Positions 1 through 13,620 of a DNA stretch of 64,000 nucleotides are shown one piece after another; positions within the stretch are counted from its first letter, which is position 1, and each line of letters begins with the position of its first letter. The notes beneath the pieces are model-generated. The model had not been told where the DNA came from. It searched no databases and worked only from the letters and a program-made list of their open reading frames with translations. Location of the stretch: contig NC_042999.1 of the NCBI RefSeq assembly GCF_006345805.1, positions 30,008,001 through 30,072,000 on the forward strand, in the 5' to 3' direction. A program made the position numbers and the translations under genes. Source of the DNA: Octopus sinensis (lineage: Eukaryota).

Positions 1-985
1 CATTGGCTTTGAATATACTTACAATTTCAATTGCTCCCTCCTCCCAACCGCTAATTTATCAATTGCAAATGCCGAAGAATCAAGTTAGGATAATTGGTTG
101 GTAGGTGGTCATCCAAAATGCGACGATACTGCAAGCACGTCGCGACGTTATTTTATATTTTTAATCAGTCTTATTATAAAATATGTTTCAAATTGGAACA
201 TGCACCTTTGTCAAATGTTATCATACACGAACCCCTATTTCCGTTTCTAACTATTCCCCGATCTGTCTATACATCTATAGGAAAGCGAGTCCCTTATATG
301 TAAATTTATCAGTTGTTTTCTTTCCAGAAAATTAATAATGCAGGTTCTATTTTTGATCATTTTTTTTAATTATATCCAATTTTATTTTTCTACTTAAATC
401 AGACCTCCAGAAATATTTTGCCTAACATTTGTTAGCGACTCTTTGTTAACAGAACATATTTATTTATTATTTTTAGAAACATATGTAAACAATCTTATAA
501 GTCTCTAGTTTGTATGCACAACGGTCCCTTGCGGAAACCTACAATCACTTCCCAATACATATCTCCATGAGAAAGGATCAGTAAATATAATTAATTCCTC
601 AACGCGCATAGAAGAAACACAAAACTACAAAAAAGACCACCATTCCTGTTACCGCATTGCTGAATTCTTCCAACAACATTAAGAGACACAAAGTTCACTC
701 ACATTTACACATATAAACAGCCAACCCCACACAAAGATCACACACACAACACACACATATGCACACAAACAAACACACATGTTATTATACACACACTCAT
801 AGACTTTACTCATGTTCATACCACACATTCACGCAGAAACGTTTTTCTTTTATACTCTCCTGTCTTGGAAAGAATTTCTTTCTTCACTCATCCCCTTCCG
901 GTCATTTCAAAATGTAACCACATGGGGATCGTTGACGATCTTTTCCCTCTATCTTCCTTTTCTCTTGGACTTTCCTCGCTGACCT

Positions 986-1020
986 GTTTCTGACGAAGAT
1001 CTTTGCTCGAAACATAAAAC
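986..1020 (+). ncRNA. Decayed minimal type I hammerhead ribozyme motif, copy 1
   Basis: GTTT-CTGACGA-A-GATC-TTT-GCTC-GAAA-CATA-AAAC. The core CUGANGA and GAAA are intact and stem I is GTTT/AAAC; stem II and the stem III palindrome each carry one change. Confidence 0.55.
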
Positions 1021-1792
1021 TATTTATCTTTTCTTCCCTGAGCGTCTGTTAATTCTTTCATGTACCACATCCTCGCGTCGTTGTTTTTCTCGTGATTTCC
1101 TTTCTCTGTTTTTATCAAATGTATTTACCGCACGCTCACACGGACCTCGGCAGTTCCTAATTCGCGGAATTCTTTCTACCGTCGGATTACATTAAATTGT
1201 TCATTCGGAATACGCTATTTGTGCATCTTGATTGTTAATCTTTATAATTTGTCGGTGATTCGTTTTCTTTAAATTGTTTTCCCTCGACCTAAGTACTGTT
1301 CTAATTCCACTTTCTTCCTTTTTCTTCTTTCTCTTCGTATTTTCTTGCACTCAGCAACAACTACACCGACATTCACACCGTCTCACCATGCCTGACCTAC
1401 ATTACTTGCTCCACCATCTCCACTCTCTTCTGTCCTGTTTTCTTTCCCACTTTCCCACTCAATACCTGCAACCCGTAAGAAAAAAACTCGCTTGCTTTCT
1501 AAACAAAACTCGACACTCTACACATCTCTCATACCTCCGGCGTCAAATCTCACCCGTGGCTTTAGTTTGAAGTTCTACGCTACCACCTTTTCTTCTCCCT
1601 CAATCGAGCTCACTCTCGCCCGCACTTCATGCCCCCCTCATGAGCACCAACGTCCGTTTTACCCGCTCTCTCCTTCATTCTTTGACCACCAATACCCACC
1701 AGCTCAACTACTTTCCCCCCTCTGCACCATCCACACACCCACACGCCCCACCCGGACATTCCCACCCCTAAGCCGACCCACCAGTTTCTCCT

Positions 1793-1827
1793 GTTTCTAA
1801 CGAAGAGCTTTGCTCGAAACGTAAAAC
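1793..1827 (+). ncRNA. Decayed minimal type I hammerhead ribozyme motif, copy 2
   Basis: GTTT-CTAACGA-A-GAGC-TTT-GCTC-GAAA-CGTA-AAAC. Stem II GAGC/GCTC is perfect, stem III is the palindrome ACGT, the cleavage triplet is GUA, and the core has CUGA changed to CUAA. Confidence 0.55.
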
Positions 1828-1874
1828 TACTTTTCTTTGGTTCCCTGAGCGCCTGCTAATACATTGCATGTACC

Positions 1875-1876
<2 letters not shown>

Positions 1877-1935
<59 letters not shown>

Positions 1936-1975
1936 GAGAGACACAGAGAGAGAGAGAGACAGAGACAGAGATATG
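1877..1975. repeat. Compound (TA)n-(GA)n-(GACA)n microsatellite
   Basis: Directly visible. Confidence 0.95.
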
Positions 1976-3165
1976 CAGAGACAATGACACTTGCAAATCT
2001 CACCCAAAAATTGGTTATTCTCTGGATTATATCAATTCCATTACATCTCTTGAAAATCGGGTTCAAGGAATTGTTTTGCAAATGGAAATGCGGCAGAACG
2101 TTTCTTGAGACAAATCGTTTCAAGTATTTTGCTGATCCTAAATATATTCAGCATCCCCTCTTAACGTGTATGACACGGCTATCAGAGAATCTCTATTGGT
2201 AGCAAAATAAATATCCAGATGGGTGACTATATTTTCACCATCGTCGACTTCGGACGAAGTTCTTCAACATGAAAGGCTTTTCCAGATGTTTGGTTCCTTG
2301 GTGCTCATCTTCACTGAAAATTTCTCTTCTGCTGCAATAATCTTTCGTCTCGCAATTGGCATGTATTATGATGAAATCATGCACTGACACAAATCGAGAC
2401 CAAACTAGAACCCGAATAATCCAGAAATCTCTATTAATGAGAAAGCGATAAAATCGATGTATATCTTACATACAATGACATTAACTATGGGAAACACTGT
2501 CACTTACAGAATTGCGAATACCATGTGCTGTTTCTGGCAGATAGATACATCTTCACCTGCATTTCTCTCCATACAACATATAACTAAGTAATACCATATT
2601 CAATTTTGTGAGTCAAAAAGCATGAGCTATATACCAAAATCCACTAAAATTCGAAACAAACTGTCGTAAGCCATTTTACACACTAGAGTAATTATATCTA
2701 ACAGCCGTATAAGTATTAGGCAGGCATTAATACCTAGACTCAAATTTTCATGATATACTCATGTAGCTAAGATATAAAGTGAATCCATTCACAAAATTTG
2801 GGACTGATTTCTACCAATAAACTTAGAGCACCAATGAAGCGATATAAAGGTTAACTGAAGTTAAATCGGAAGATGTGTTATATGAACAAAGCAGTAAGTT
2901 CTTTCAACGACACAGTACTAACTGGTGAGCTCAGTGCGTGCATGCTACTGAACTCTTTCAGCTTATTGGGTTAGAAGGGCTTGCAGAGAAATAAAGAAGA
3001 ATGAATACGCAGAATCACCTGAATTAATTACATTTCGTAAGTGCGTTTACATTTTCGTTACAATTTCTCAGTCTGTACTTATTAATTTAATATATGTTTA
3101 ATATTTCCAGGATATTCTTGACCAAATATTGAAATCTCTCAGCAACAAACACTGTCAAAAATACA

Positions 3166-3189
3166 CCGCGCGCGCGCGCACACACACAC

Positions 3190-3232
<43 letters not shown>

Positions 3233-3250
3233 GTCAAACACACACACACA
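3166..3250. repeat. (CG)n-(CA)n microsatellite
   Basis: Directly visible. Confidence 0.9.
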
Positions 3251-3824
3251 GAGTCAAACACATATATATGAATAAATATGTGTATATTTGTATACATATA
3301 CATGCACACAAACATATGCAAATATTATTGCTATATTTTAAAGTTTGTATTATATTTATACGATTGATACTATATATTTTTAAAATTTCTATACATATAT
3401 ACGCGAGTGAATGTACATCTTTCTAAGTTTATGTAATAAGAAAAACGCCATATAATTTTATCTGAATAAAAGCGCTCTAGTGAACTATTTCACCACTCGA
3501 CTGGTTGGCAGAAGTTTCGGTTCCACTCCTTCAAATTCTAAAGTTAGACCTTAAGAATACTATAATTTCTTCTCTAATACAATAATTGGCCTTTTTTCCC
3601 TCCCGTCCAGGATAATCCGTTACATTTTCTGCTATGTCCTATCGACCTATTTTAGATATTCTGGAATTCATATTGATTTTCATTTCACTATCTCATAACC
3701 CATACATAATTGTATGTATCAGTATATACCTATGTATTTATACAGACAATCACACATTGCGTATATATACGTAAATAGGTGTATATAGGTATGAATATGT
3801 AGTAATGAAGTGATGCATTCATAC

Positions 3825-3844
3825 ATACATACACACACACACAT

Positions 3845-3905
<61 letters not shown>

Positions 3906-3925
3906 GAGAGAGAGAGAGAGAGATA
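3825..3925. repeat. (CA)n-(TA)n-(GA)n microsatellite
   Basis: Directly visible. Confidence 0.9.
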
Positions 3926-4099
3926 CATATGCATATATATACACATATATTTATATATGTAGGTATGTATGTATATAGTTAGATAGATAAACAGAGATAG
4001 AGAGAGAGAGAGAGATAAGCGTTTCTTTACGTGTAGGTCATTGTGTATATGCGAGTGTGTATTTGTGCAAATGTATGAGTATTAGTATGTATATATGAG

Positions 4100-4149
<50 letters not shown>

Positions 4150-6811
4150 GTCTCTGCTTGTGTGATCCTATTTTTTCCATATATTGAAGTCTGTATGACC
4201 TCACTAAAATAAGTTTTCTCGCACCATTACTATTCCTCTTTCTGTTACTGAGAAGCAAAGTATTCACCAGCAACTCTGTTGGAGTTGAGTGGATAGCAAC
4301 ATAATTATAGTGTGGATGCGAATATTTCTTAACAAAAATATTCGCTAAATTTGCAATGTAAATGCAAAGTATCTGTATGGATCCAATACTTTCCTGTCTA
4401 TAATAAACTCGCTCAATCTTTGTCAAATAACAATGCTCAAGTGATCACAAGTTTCTAGAGAGATCCATATCCTTCCTTCTTTCTCTTTCTTCCTCTTTCT
4501 CGTCATGCATACACACACACACTCTCTCTCTCTATCACACACAAACACACACACATATTTGGTTCTAAGGTATCTTTTGGAGGACTACGGGTAAACGTGT
4601 ACTCCCGTTCCAGTCACTCATGGCAACTAAACCGGCTCCCGTCCGTCTTGGTTATGCTTGCTTGACCTTGCAGGAGGTTGTTAGGGCACCCATCGGAAAT
4701 AAAAAAAAGATCTACAAAAAAAAAAAAAGGGCCGCAGGGCTGTTGTCTTTGTCCCTCACCACACCAAACAAAGACACCAGACAGTGGATCAAGTGGGGGG
4801 AATTTAGGGCCCCAAACATAACAATTGATCACAACGGAAGAGGTCGATGCCTGACGGACACGCTAGAAAGGCGCAACTCTAGTGACATTACAGTAGCGGC
4901 TTTCCGTTGCAAACCATATTCTGGATCTCGCATGTGAAACTGTGCAGTGCCGCAGCAGAAGCATTTTGGGACATAGATATACAATTTGAGAAAGTTGAAC
5001 AAGCGTAAAGTACCTTGCGCATGCTTCTTTTGTTCTCATGTAGCTTAATACCTGATGCAATGTTCATGCAACGGGGATTCCCCAACTTTGCTAATTCTCA
5101 GACAGAGATAATTACAATTAAAAGAAGGTTACATGGTCTGTCGATTTTTCCCGTGGTGAACTGAGTAGTACTGAGAAGCCATTAGGATAGAACAAAAGAT
5201 AAAAAATTCCTAAATTAATTTTCGAAAAGTATGTCAACTGATATCAAATATATGCGAGTAATAGTCTTGTACAGTTTAGGAGGAGGAAGGAAAAGGTGGA
5301 AGGCAGAAGAAAACAGAAGGAAAACAGTTGAAATATTTGTATTGGTAATGAGAAAATTTTGCGGCCATAAACAATTATCTGAAGAAGGTGATGAGATAAA
5401 TTGACCGACTAATAAGATTCCGTCCTACAATCACTGTAGACATAGACATACAAGTGGATACACAAACAATTCACACATCAAGCCGAACGTATGCGCACAA
5501 TATATACGTATCCCTAAAGGCGCGCGCGAACAGGCAGCATTTATACGCATCTATACTTAAAAATTCACACGCGCGCAAAAGCACATTTTCACACATTGAC
5601 CGAGCGCACCTACATATGAAGATTCTCTTCCGCATATAAGTATATACACAAACATACATAATTGTTTAAAAGCGCGCATATGCGAAAGTATAAATTTATG
5701 CACGTGTGCGCACACACACATTCATGACAACACAAGAGTACGCAGATACATATGATAGGTGTATATGCACATACGCGTATCTGTGAAACGAAACTTCTAT
5801 TCGCTCTCTGGCATTTCTAGTTGCTCACTGTGAGCTATATCGAAATTATCAATGTGGAAAAAAGGTAACTTCCGATCACAATAATCTGTTTACGTTCATT
5901 ATTGTACAAAGTGCATATTTCGTTTTCAGTGGCTGATATGTTTTGCTTGATGGTTTCAAATAGCCTACACACAAATCAGGCGATGTAACCCTAGTGATAT
6001 ATGCACACTCACACACAGACACACATACACACTCGCAAACAGACACACATTGAGAAATACAGAAAACATACATACACAAACTCACACATTTATTGCCCGA
6101 TATTATATAAATATAAATATATCTATCTATCAATCTATATATCTCTCTATATGTCTATCTCGCTCTCTCTCTATATATTTTAATAGTTTTCACCTTTTCC
6201 TTTGAAGTAAGAGTGACACAAACCACAGGTACGTACAGAAAAAAATTAGTAGCATATCAATATTATTGATAAGTATATAAATTTTTCACTTTTAAGGCGC
6301 ATGGGAATAGTTCTTGTAATCTCTATAATATTCAGTGTGTATAATCATTTCGTTTTTTGGAAATGTATACACATACAAATTTATAGAATATTAAACTATT
6401 GACTTACTCTAATATATTTCTTTCTTACAACCAATTAAATTTCTGATGCTTTAGTTTTTTAAATATTATTGCCATTGTTTTGTAAGCAATAGTGTAGTTT
6501 AAAGTAATCGTAAATTTATACTTTTGCTAACCATCGGCGTATTTAATAGCAACGTACCGCTTTTATGTCGTCTGGCAATTTAACACCCTACTGCTATCAT
6601 ACCATTATGCAATCTGTGTCCTTCTTCTTCTTCGTCTTCTTCTCTGCTACCTCCTTCTTTACTTTACTTCTACCGCTGTTTAGGATAACACCTACGCGAA
6701 TATTATAAACAATACATTCAAAAGAGATATCTCTATACTTCAATCCACAGCAAGACACTTTCAGGGTGCTTGACCATTTAAAATCCTACTACAATTATAG
6801 CACTCTCTCGT

Positions 6812-7392
6812 CCGTCTTCTTCTTCTTCTTCTTCTTCTTCTTCTTCTTCTTCTTCTTCTTCTTCTTCTTCTTCTTCTTCTTCTTCTTCCTTTTCTTCTTC
6901 TTCCTTTTCTTCTTCTCCGTTTTCTTCTTCTTCTTCTTCGTCTTCTTCCTTTTTTCTTCTTCCTTTTCTTCTTTTTCTTCTTCTTCTTCTTCTTCTTCTT
7001 CATTTTCTTCTTTTATTTCTCTTCTTCTTCGTCTGCTTCCTTTTCTTCTTTTTCTTCTTCCTTTTTTTCTTTTTCCTCTTCTTCTTCTTCTTCTTCGTCT
7101 TCTTCCTTTTCTTCTTCATCTTCTTCTTCTTCTGTTTCTTCTCCTTCTCTTCTTCTTCTTCTTCTTCCTTTTCTTCTTTTTCTTCTGCTTTTTCTTTTTT
7201 CTTCTCCTTCTTTTTCCTCTTTTTCTTCTTTTTCTTCTTCTTCTTCTTCTTCTTTTTCTTCTTCTTCTTCTTTTTCTTCTTTTTCTTCTTCTTTTTCTTT
7301 TCTTCTCCTTCTTTTCCTTCTTTTTCTTCTTTTTCTTATTCTTCTTCTTTCTTCTTCTTCTTCTTCTTCTTCTTCTTCTTCCAATTCTTCTT
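6812..7392. repeat. Long imperfect (TTC)n trinucleotide microsatellite
   Basis: Directly visible; source of the poly-F/S/K/E/R ORFs. Confidence 0.97.
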
Positions 7393-7625
7393 CCCTGACA
7401 AAAATTCACAACGACATCGAACCCTCAAGAGTAAACAAAAGAGACAGAGACAAGCAGAAAGAAGGAAAATGCACCTTGTACTTGAATATTATGCAAATAT
7501 TCTTTTAAAAATATTTTCATTAATTTTTTACAAAATTTGTTTTCCATACTTACAGTTGAAGACATCTCAATGAATGAAACCGTTACTATTTTTTAGAAAT
7601 TTATTTCAGCATTTTCTACCTTGAC

Positions 7626-7628
7626 TCG

Positions 7629-7662
<34 letters not shown>

Positions 7663-7669
7663 TTTATTA

Positions 7670-7737
<68 letters not shown>

Positions 7738-7748
7738 CTTATATATAT

Positions 7749-7797
<49 letters not shown>

Positions 7798-7835
7798 ATA
7801 TAATATATATATACATATATATATATGTATATATC
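7626..7835. repeat. (TC)n-(TA)n microsatellite
   Basis: Directly visible. Confidence 0.9.
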
Positions 7836-8019
7836 TACTCTATATATAGGGGAGAGCTAGAATTCACATATACATACACATACATATAAGCATGTATGTA
7901 TGCCTCTATTTGTACATCGGAAGTAAAAGTTAATAACCAATAAATATATTTGTTCACACAAATAACACACGTTTGTCGAAATAATTGCGTGAGTAAGCGT
8001 AATGTTTCTTTTCCAATAT

Positions 8020-8233
8020 TTTTTTCTACTCTAGGCACAAGTCTCGAAATTGTGGGGGAGTCGGCCTGTGTATTAGAACGACCCAGTACATAACTCGTAC
8101 TTAATGTATGGACCTCGATAGAATGAAATGGAAAGTTGACCTTAGGGAAAATTGAGCTCAGAACGTAAAGAGATAAGAAATACTGCTAAGCGTTTTACTC
8201 GGTGTGCTATCGTTTCTGCCAGTTCACCGCCTT
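8020..8233 (-). mobile_element. SINE family A, diverged copy (tail variant cttgtgcctagagtag)
   Basis: The reverse complement is colinear with the copies at 10491-10723 and 35327-35555 (aaggcggtgaactggcagaaacg...ttctgagctcaa...ggtcaacttt). Confidence 0.8.
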
Positions 8234-10429
8234 GTTTCCTTTTCTAATAGAGGAATACACATGTTTCTACAGTGCCTATACTAGTTCTTCCTTACAGCGA
8301 CAAAAACAAAAAAATGTGCACCTTCATTTTTGAACGAAGTGCATGGAGATTCTCCCACACCGACTGGTGACACTACTGAAAGTAATATCGTGCACAGATT
8401 GTTTAAGAATTATAGACAGTAGGAAGGTAGCTATATAGTCCAACGACTCAGCGGTAGATCGGAAGCTGTGAACAATTATTCAAAGCAACAGCAGAACGAA
8501 CGAAAAGAGATTTAACAGGACAGACAGGTCAGAATACGTGCGCGTGAAGTAACATCTGATCCTTTGGACCACGACGCCCCATCCATCTCCCGAGGAAGTG
8601 AACATTCAGCCATACACGAACGACGAGGTCAATACGATTACAGATTGAATTCCTATACTTCAAAACACAAAAACAAAACAGTTGAGAAAATATATTACAA
8701 TTAATAAGTCATTTATAATTATTTAATTATAATGAGTTAGTTTTCAATCACCCTGTTTGTGTATGTATGTATACACACAAACACACACACACATATGTAT
8801 ATATGAGTGGTATAGATAATTATTGTTGTGTATCTGTGGAAGAGAAATGCAATGGATGAGAGAATTTCCACCCCATGGAACACACTGAAAGCTGTCCAAT
8901 GTTTGTTTGAAGGTGTGAGGTAATTAGGATAGATGAAGCTACATGAATTTTAGTTTTCTTAAGGACTAGCCCAAGGTAATATTAGACAATAATTAATTCA
9001 TAGGAAATCAGAAAACGTGTACTACGGTGCCGCTCTGGCTTTAATTTTTTTCTTTTATAAACGAACATTCCTTATTAATTCTTCTTTGGTCTGAAATATT
9101 GTCAGGTCATTAGTAGAGCGGGAAGATAAGCATTTTGGGAGATTTGGTATACGTGCATATGTTCAGATATTATTCAACTGTAGAAATAAGTTGCAACGTA
9201 ATGGTACGAAGCTGTATCGGACTTTGCCATTCCTTTGGATAACATTGGTAACGTAGAGAGGAGAGGCTGATACGCATGGATTACTACTGGTCTTTCATAC
9301 ACAATATTAAGCGGACTTTTTTCTTGCAACTTTACTTTTCGCTTCGTTACATATTAGTTTTACTTTTGTCACGTGTGAATATTTTAACCAATCAAACGTT
9401 TTAAACCATCAATACTTATAGCGAATTTGATATTTTAGCAGATTAGAGATTCATGATTTCTTTCCCGTATATTGACAATTTCAGCAAAATTTAACTCTCT
9501 GTATCCGGTTTACTATTAAATATTGCCGTATAACATGAAAACGCTGCCTCATTTAATTTATCTCTCTCTCTCTATCTCTCTATCTCAATCTATCTACCTA
9601 TCACTCCCTCTCTCTGATCTCTCTCTCTCCATCTCTGTTTCTCTCTCCCTTTCTTTCTCATTTGCTTGACCGGTATTTCACCTTTGCTAATGCATCGGCT
9701 TAAGTTGGTAATTTGAATGCATATACGCCATTTAATTTGTCATTTTACTGAATTCATTTAACGGATAACACGCATTTAACTGACAAAACATGAATTTGAA
9801 ACGATCGTTTCCTACGTATTATAAGCCACTTAATTGGAAAACTTGCATTACATATTAGTAGTTCTCGTAACACTCCCACGCACAAACAAATATCTTTCTT
9901 ATGTGAGTATATTGCTCAAAGCATATTGAGGTTTTCACTAACTTAATTTATCTTGTAATTAATGATGCCCTATGAACTCATTCCTATCACAAATTTGTAT
10001 TCGCCAACCAAACAATGGATAATTAAAAATGCTTCTTCAAACAACGAGATGAAACGAAGTCCACGTTTTGTTCGTACGCAGAAAACCGAATACATAATCA
10101 TGCATACAATCATTTTCTTTTTCTTTTGTTTTTGGCTTCTGTCTCTAAAATTACCCCTTCAATTTCCTACACAATTATAGGTCATCTAGTAGTAGCTACG
10201 AGTTTAATCATTCTATTGTCTCTGATTCTTTATAACCATGAAAAATCATTCATATACATACACACATACAGACAGACAGACATACAGACAGACAGACGTA
10301 CGTACACACATATACACTCATATCTTTGTATCAAGTCATCGCATCAGAAGAGTCCGGCTTTTAAATATGGAAAAACAATTGACCATATCTTACGTTCTAA
10401 TGAACCTTAATTGTCAATTTTTCCATGAT

Positions 10430-11700
10430 CTCGTTGTTTCCATGATTCTTTAATCAAATCTTTGCATCTACTCGTAAGCTTTATAATCCCTATTTCTTTA
10501 TTACCCACAATGGGCTAAACATAGAGGGGACAAACAAGGACAGACGTAGGTATTAAGTCGATTACATCGACCCCAGTATGTAACTGGTACTTAATTTATC
10601 GACCCCGAAAGGATGAAGGGCAAAGTCGACCTCGGCGGAATTTGAACTCAGAACGTAGCGGTAGACGAAATAAAGCAAGGCATTTCGCCCGGCGTGCTAA
10701 CGATTCTGCCAGCTCACCACCTTATAATCCCGTAAGCTTTATAATCCCATTAATGAAAAAACTTACCGTTTTGAAGAGAAGAACTAACTCTGAAACATCA
10801 GTTTGGTTTCCTCAGATGTTTCGAGTGTTAATCAATCCAACTGGTAATCTGCAGGAGCAAGGTCTGTGGAATAAGGCGGATGAGCACCAATTTTCTCTCA
10901 GCTAAGTTCCTCGATCTTCCGTGTTGTGAGGTTTGAAGTGTGGGGGTCTTGCATTAGACTGATGGAAAAGCACTACATTTTGATTCACTAAATCACGCTA
11001 TTCTTTTTAAAACAGCGTTCAAACGCTTTAATTGCTGACACAATATATCTGAATTGATGGTTGCATTAGTTGGTAGTAAATGAAAGTGGATGACTCCTTT
11101 GCAATCCAACCAAAGAGAGTGATGAAACACCTTCAGATGGAGTTCTCTTTTCGGTTGTGGTTTGGCTTTTACCACTTCCCCAAGCCAATGTTTAAATCGC
11201 GTAACATTTTGTTAAGTGACTCATTTTTCATCATCGGTCACCTGTCTGTCTAAAAAGGCCAGCTGGGTTTACGAGAATGAAGAGAAAAACAGATATTCTT
11301 TTGGGATTTGCGGTTACCTAATGACAAACCAATGAGGCATATATTTTCCGATGATTTTGACAATACAAAGCTTTTGAAGATGGTGAAGAGGAATAGTATA
11401 GCTTGAACAAAGCGTGCTTGCCCATTCTTTGACTTGAACTGCATGATATTCTTCATGTTCTGCCAAAGGGAGCTTGTCATCAAACCCAGTTGGACATCCA
11501 GTTTGGACTCATCTTCAAGGCAGAAATTTCCACTTTTGAATTTCACAATCCTTGTTCTGCAAGTTCTTCTATTCATTCATCAAGGCACACTTCTCCATAA
11601 GCTGATTGAATATGTCAAGTCGCTTCAGCTGCAGAGTTGCGATTTTTAGACTCATAAAGCATTATGTGCCACAAATATAGCCGAGAAATTTTCATGTTTA
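10430..11700 (-). mobile_element. Mariner (D,D34D-type) transposase relic, interrupted by a SINE
   Basis: Minus-strand motifs: HIMLYE..K..NSAAEA, KFKSGNFCLEDE, KPQPKRELHLK..LWLDCKGVIHFHLLPTNATINSDILCQQLKRL, HPPYSTDLAPADY and GIIKLTSRC; the last continues beyond the SINE. Multiple stops and frameshifts. Confidence 0.85.
10491..10723 (-). mobile_element. SINE family A, near full length, with 17-bp TSD
   Basis: Homologous to 35327-35555; TSD gtaagctttataatccc at 10474-10490 and 10732-10748. Confidence 0.9.
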
Positions 11701-11949
11701 AAGAGATATAATTAATGAAATTAAATTAAATTATCCTGTAAAATGAAATTTAATGTTCAAATACACCTAGATGTTACTAAATATTATCATATATTTCAAA
11801 ACATTTTAAAGCACCTATCGGATGATCTGACGTCTATACATGTATAAACGGATATATTTTCTTGAACAGCTAAGGGAAATAAACTATTCATGTTCCTAGC
11901 CAAGGGAAATAACCGGATCATTGTTCTTTGATCATCCTAAATACTTCGA

Positions 11950-13620
11950 AGGTCAAGGTTAATGGTCAAAGGATGGAAATTGACAATAGGTGGCTCGTGC
12001 CCATATCACACGTTGTCGTCTAAAACAATGCAGAACCAAGTTAATGTTGAGTCATGCAACATAAAGAATATTAAATGTATATGTAAATACATCAGGAAAG
12101 TTTCAGGTATGAGAGTTTGGGGATTTGAACTGGAGAGAAGGCAGGAGAAATTCAGCAGTATGATTTGGGCAGGTATATTTACCCTAATAAAAGCTTCGAA
12201 TTCCACGAGCGCGTCATCCAACAGTGGTGAATTTATCTGTACATCCACCAGTAACTACTTTGCAGATTTCTTCAAACTATTCCACCGTGACATTTTAGGG
12301 CCGAACAGTATTCTATGTTTAGGTTTCCGTGTTCTATACCTGGACACACAATTGATGAAATAGATGCAAGCATAAAGCATGCGTTGAAGGCTGGGAAGAA
12401 CATGCTGTATTCAGAAATGGGGCCATTGGGAAGGTTTACACTATGCACCCTTCTTTCTGCATCTACTGCTGCACATTGTCAAACCATGGAAGTCACAATG
12501 GGGAAGTCTGCGCAGAAACCGGTGCCAAATAGGGATTGCTGTTGGACGATACTCACTCGGACTTGATATTGGAGGAGGCAGTAGTCAGCAGAGCACCAAG
12601 TCAACTGTTCCAGCTATTTTCTAGTCTGTTGATGACGTGTGGCTTGGGTTAACCTCTCAAGCATTGGGTGACCCACAATACTAGCATGACAGAAGACATG
12701 CTACAAAGGATTCAAATGCAAGCCTCAGCAGAATTTACCACGTTTAATAACGCTATTTACAATGAGGCATTACTTGACCTGGACACCTGAGTGTAAGATA
12801 TGAGAAATTAAGCATTGACACGTGTGGTCTACCTCTATTGGAGCAGGCACAAATAATCTCGCAAATCAGTACCGGCACGAAATCAGCTGTGACATCGAGG
12901 AAATAACGGCGTATATAGCTAATAACGAACACAAACTGATGGAGGATCAAATGGATGTTTATAAGATCATTATTCCGAGCAATGAAGCTGAAAGTGGTGG
13001 TCTTTTCTTTCTGGGTGCTCCAGGTGGAAAGGGCAAGACATTTTCCATCAACCTTCTTCTGGCTAAACTGCACCAAATGAAACTTTACCACAACGGTGGC
13101 GTCAGGAGGAATAGCTGCATCTCTGCTAAGTGGTAGCCGCACAGCTCATTCCTGTTTCAGTCACCCTTTGGACCTGTCCAAAAAAAGAGAAGGCAAATTG
13201 CAACATCAGTCGTAGTTCTATAAAAGGCAAACTTATGGGTGAATGCATGTTGATCATCTGGAATGAGGCGACACTGAGACATAAGGTTTTGTTTGAAGCT
13301 CTTGACATGGCACTTCAGCATCTGAAACACAACACCAGTCTTGATTACAGGGGACTTTAGACACACTCTTCCCGTGGTTCGATAGGGAGTAAGAGCTGAT
13401 GAGGTAAATACCAGCATAAAGACGTCCTAAATATGGAGAAATGCGTAAGAGCTGAGACTCACAACCAGCATGAGACTGCAGCTCAGTGGGATTGATGCGG
13501 TTGACGAGAAGGATGGCCGGGTAAGCTGACCCTTTGGACATATGGTATTTGACTTAATGCAACTAATGAATAAGGTGTTTCCTAACCTAAGGAGTCCGTT
13601 TACAGACCGCAACTGGCTGT
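11950..13620 (+). mobile_element. Helitron RepHel relic (end of the Rep domain through the PIF1-like helicase)
   Basis: Motifs EIDNRWLVP, QVNVESCNIKNIKCICKY, EIQQYDLGRY, HER.PTVVNLSVH, AIGKVYTMHP, GGLFFLGAPGGKGKTFSINLLLAKL (Walker A), GIAASLLSGSRTAHS, LIIWNEATLRHK..FEALD and GDFRHTLPVV; many stops. Confidence 0.9.

Larger units (their letters stand above)
845..1875 (+). mobile_element. Penelope-like retroelement relic: two ~85-bp direct terminal repeats (pLTR-like) flanking a decayed ORF N-terminus
   Basis: Direct repeat 985-1070 vs 1791-1875 (ctgtttctracgaagakctttgctcgaaacrtaaaacta...ttccctgagcgyctgytaat...catgtacca). The intervening sequence translates to LTRGFSLKFYATTF, resembling the xxxGFxLKF motif near the start of PLE ORFs. 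Confidence 0.65.

Noticed and set aside
1827-2400. Possible piggyBac-like SRN...HF motif
   Set aside because: A single weak motif with no supporting neighbours in any frame.
4620-4937. ORF starting MATKPAPVRLGYACL, resembling the RLGYAC motif of UV-damage endonucleases
   Set aside because: The similarity is only six residues and is followed by a poly-A-derived lysine run with no further motifs; the region looks like a non-coding repeat end.
6208-6228. Other AG..GT-bounded micro-exon candidates (e.g. here and near 49060-49090)
   Set aside because: Isolated and with weak sites; they show how often such patterns arise by chance in this composition.
6761-7409. Long poly-K/R/E/F/L ORFs
   Set aside because: Translations of a (TTC)n microsatellite.
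8270-8756. Possible Tc1/mariner relic (DPLDH-like motif, terminal caatcaccctg)
   Set aside because: No matching second TIR or convincing catalytic motifs could be read.
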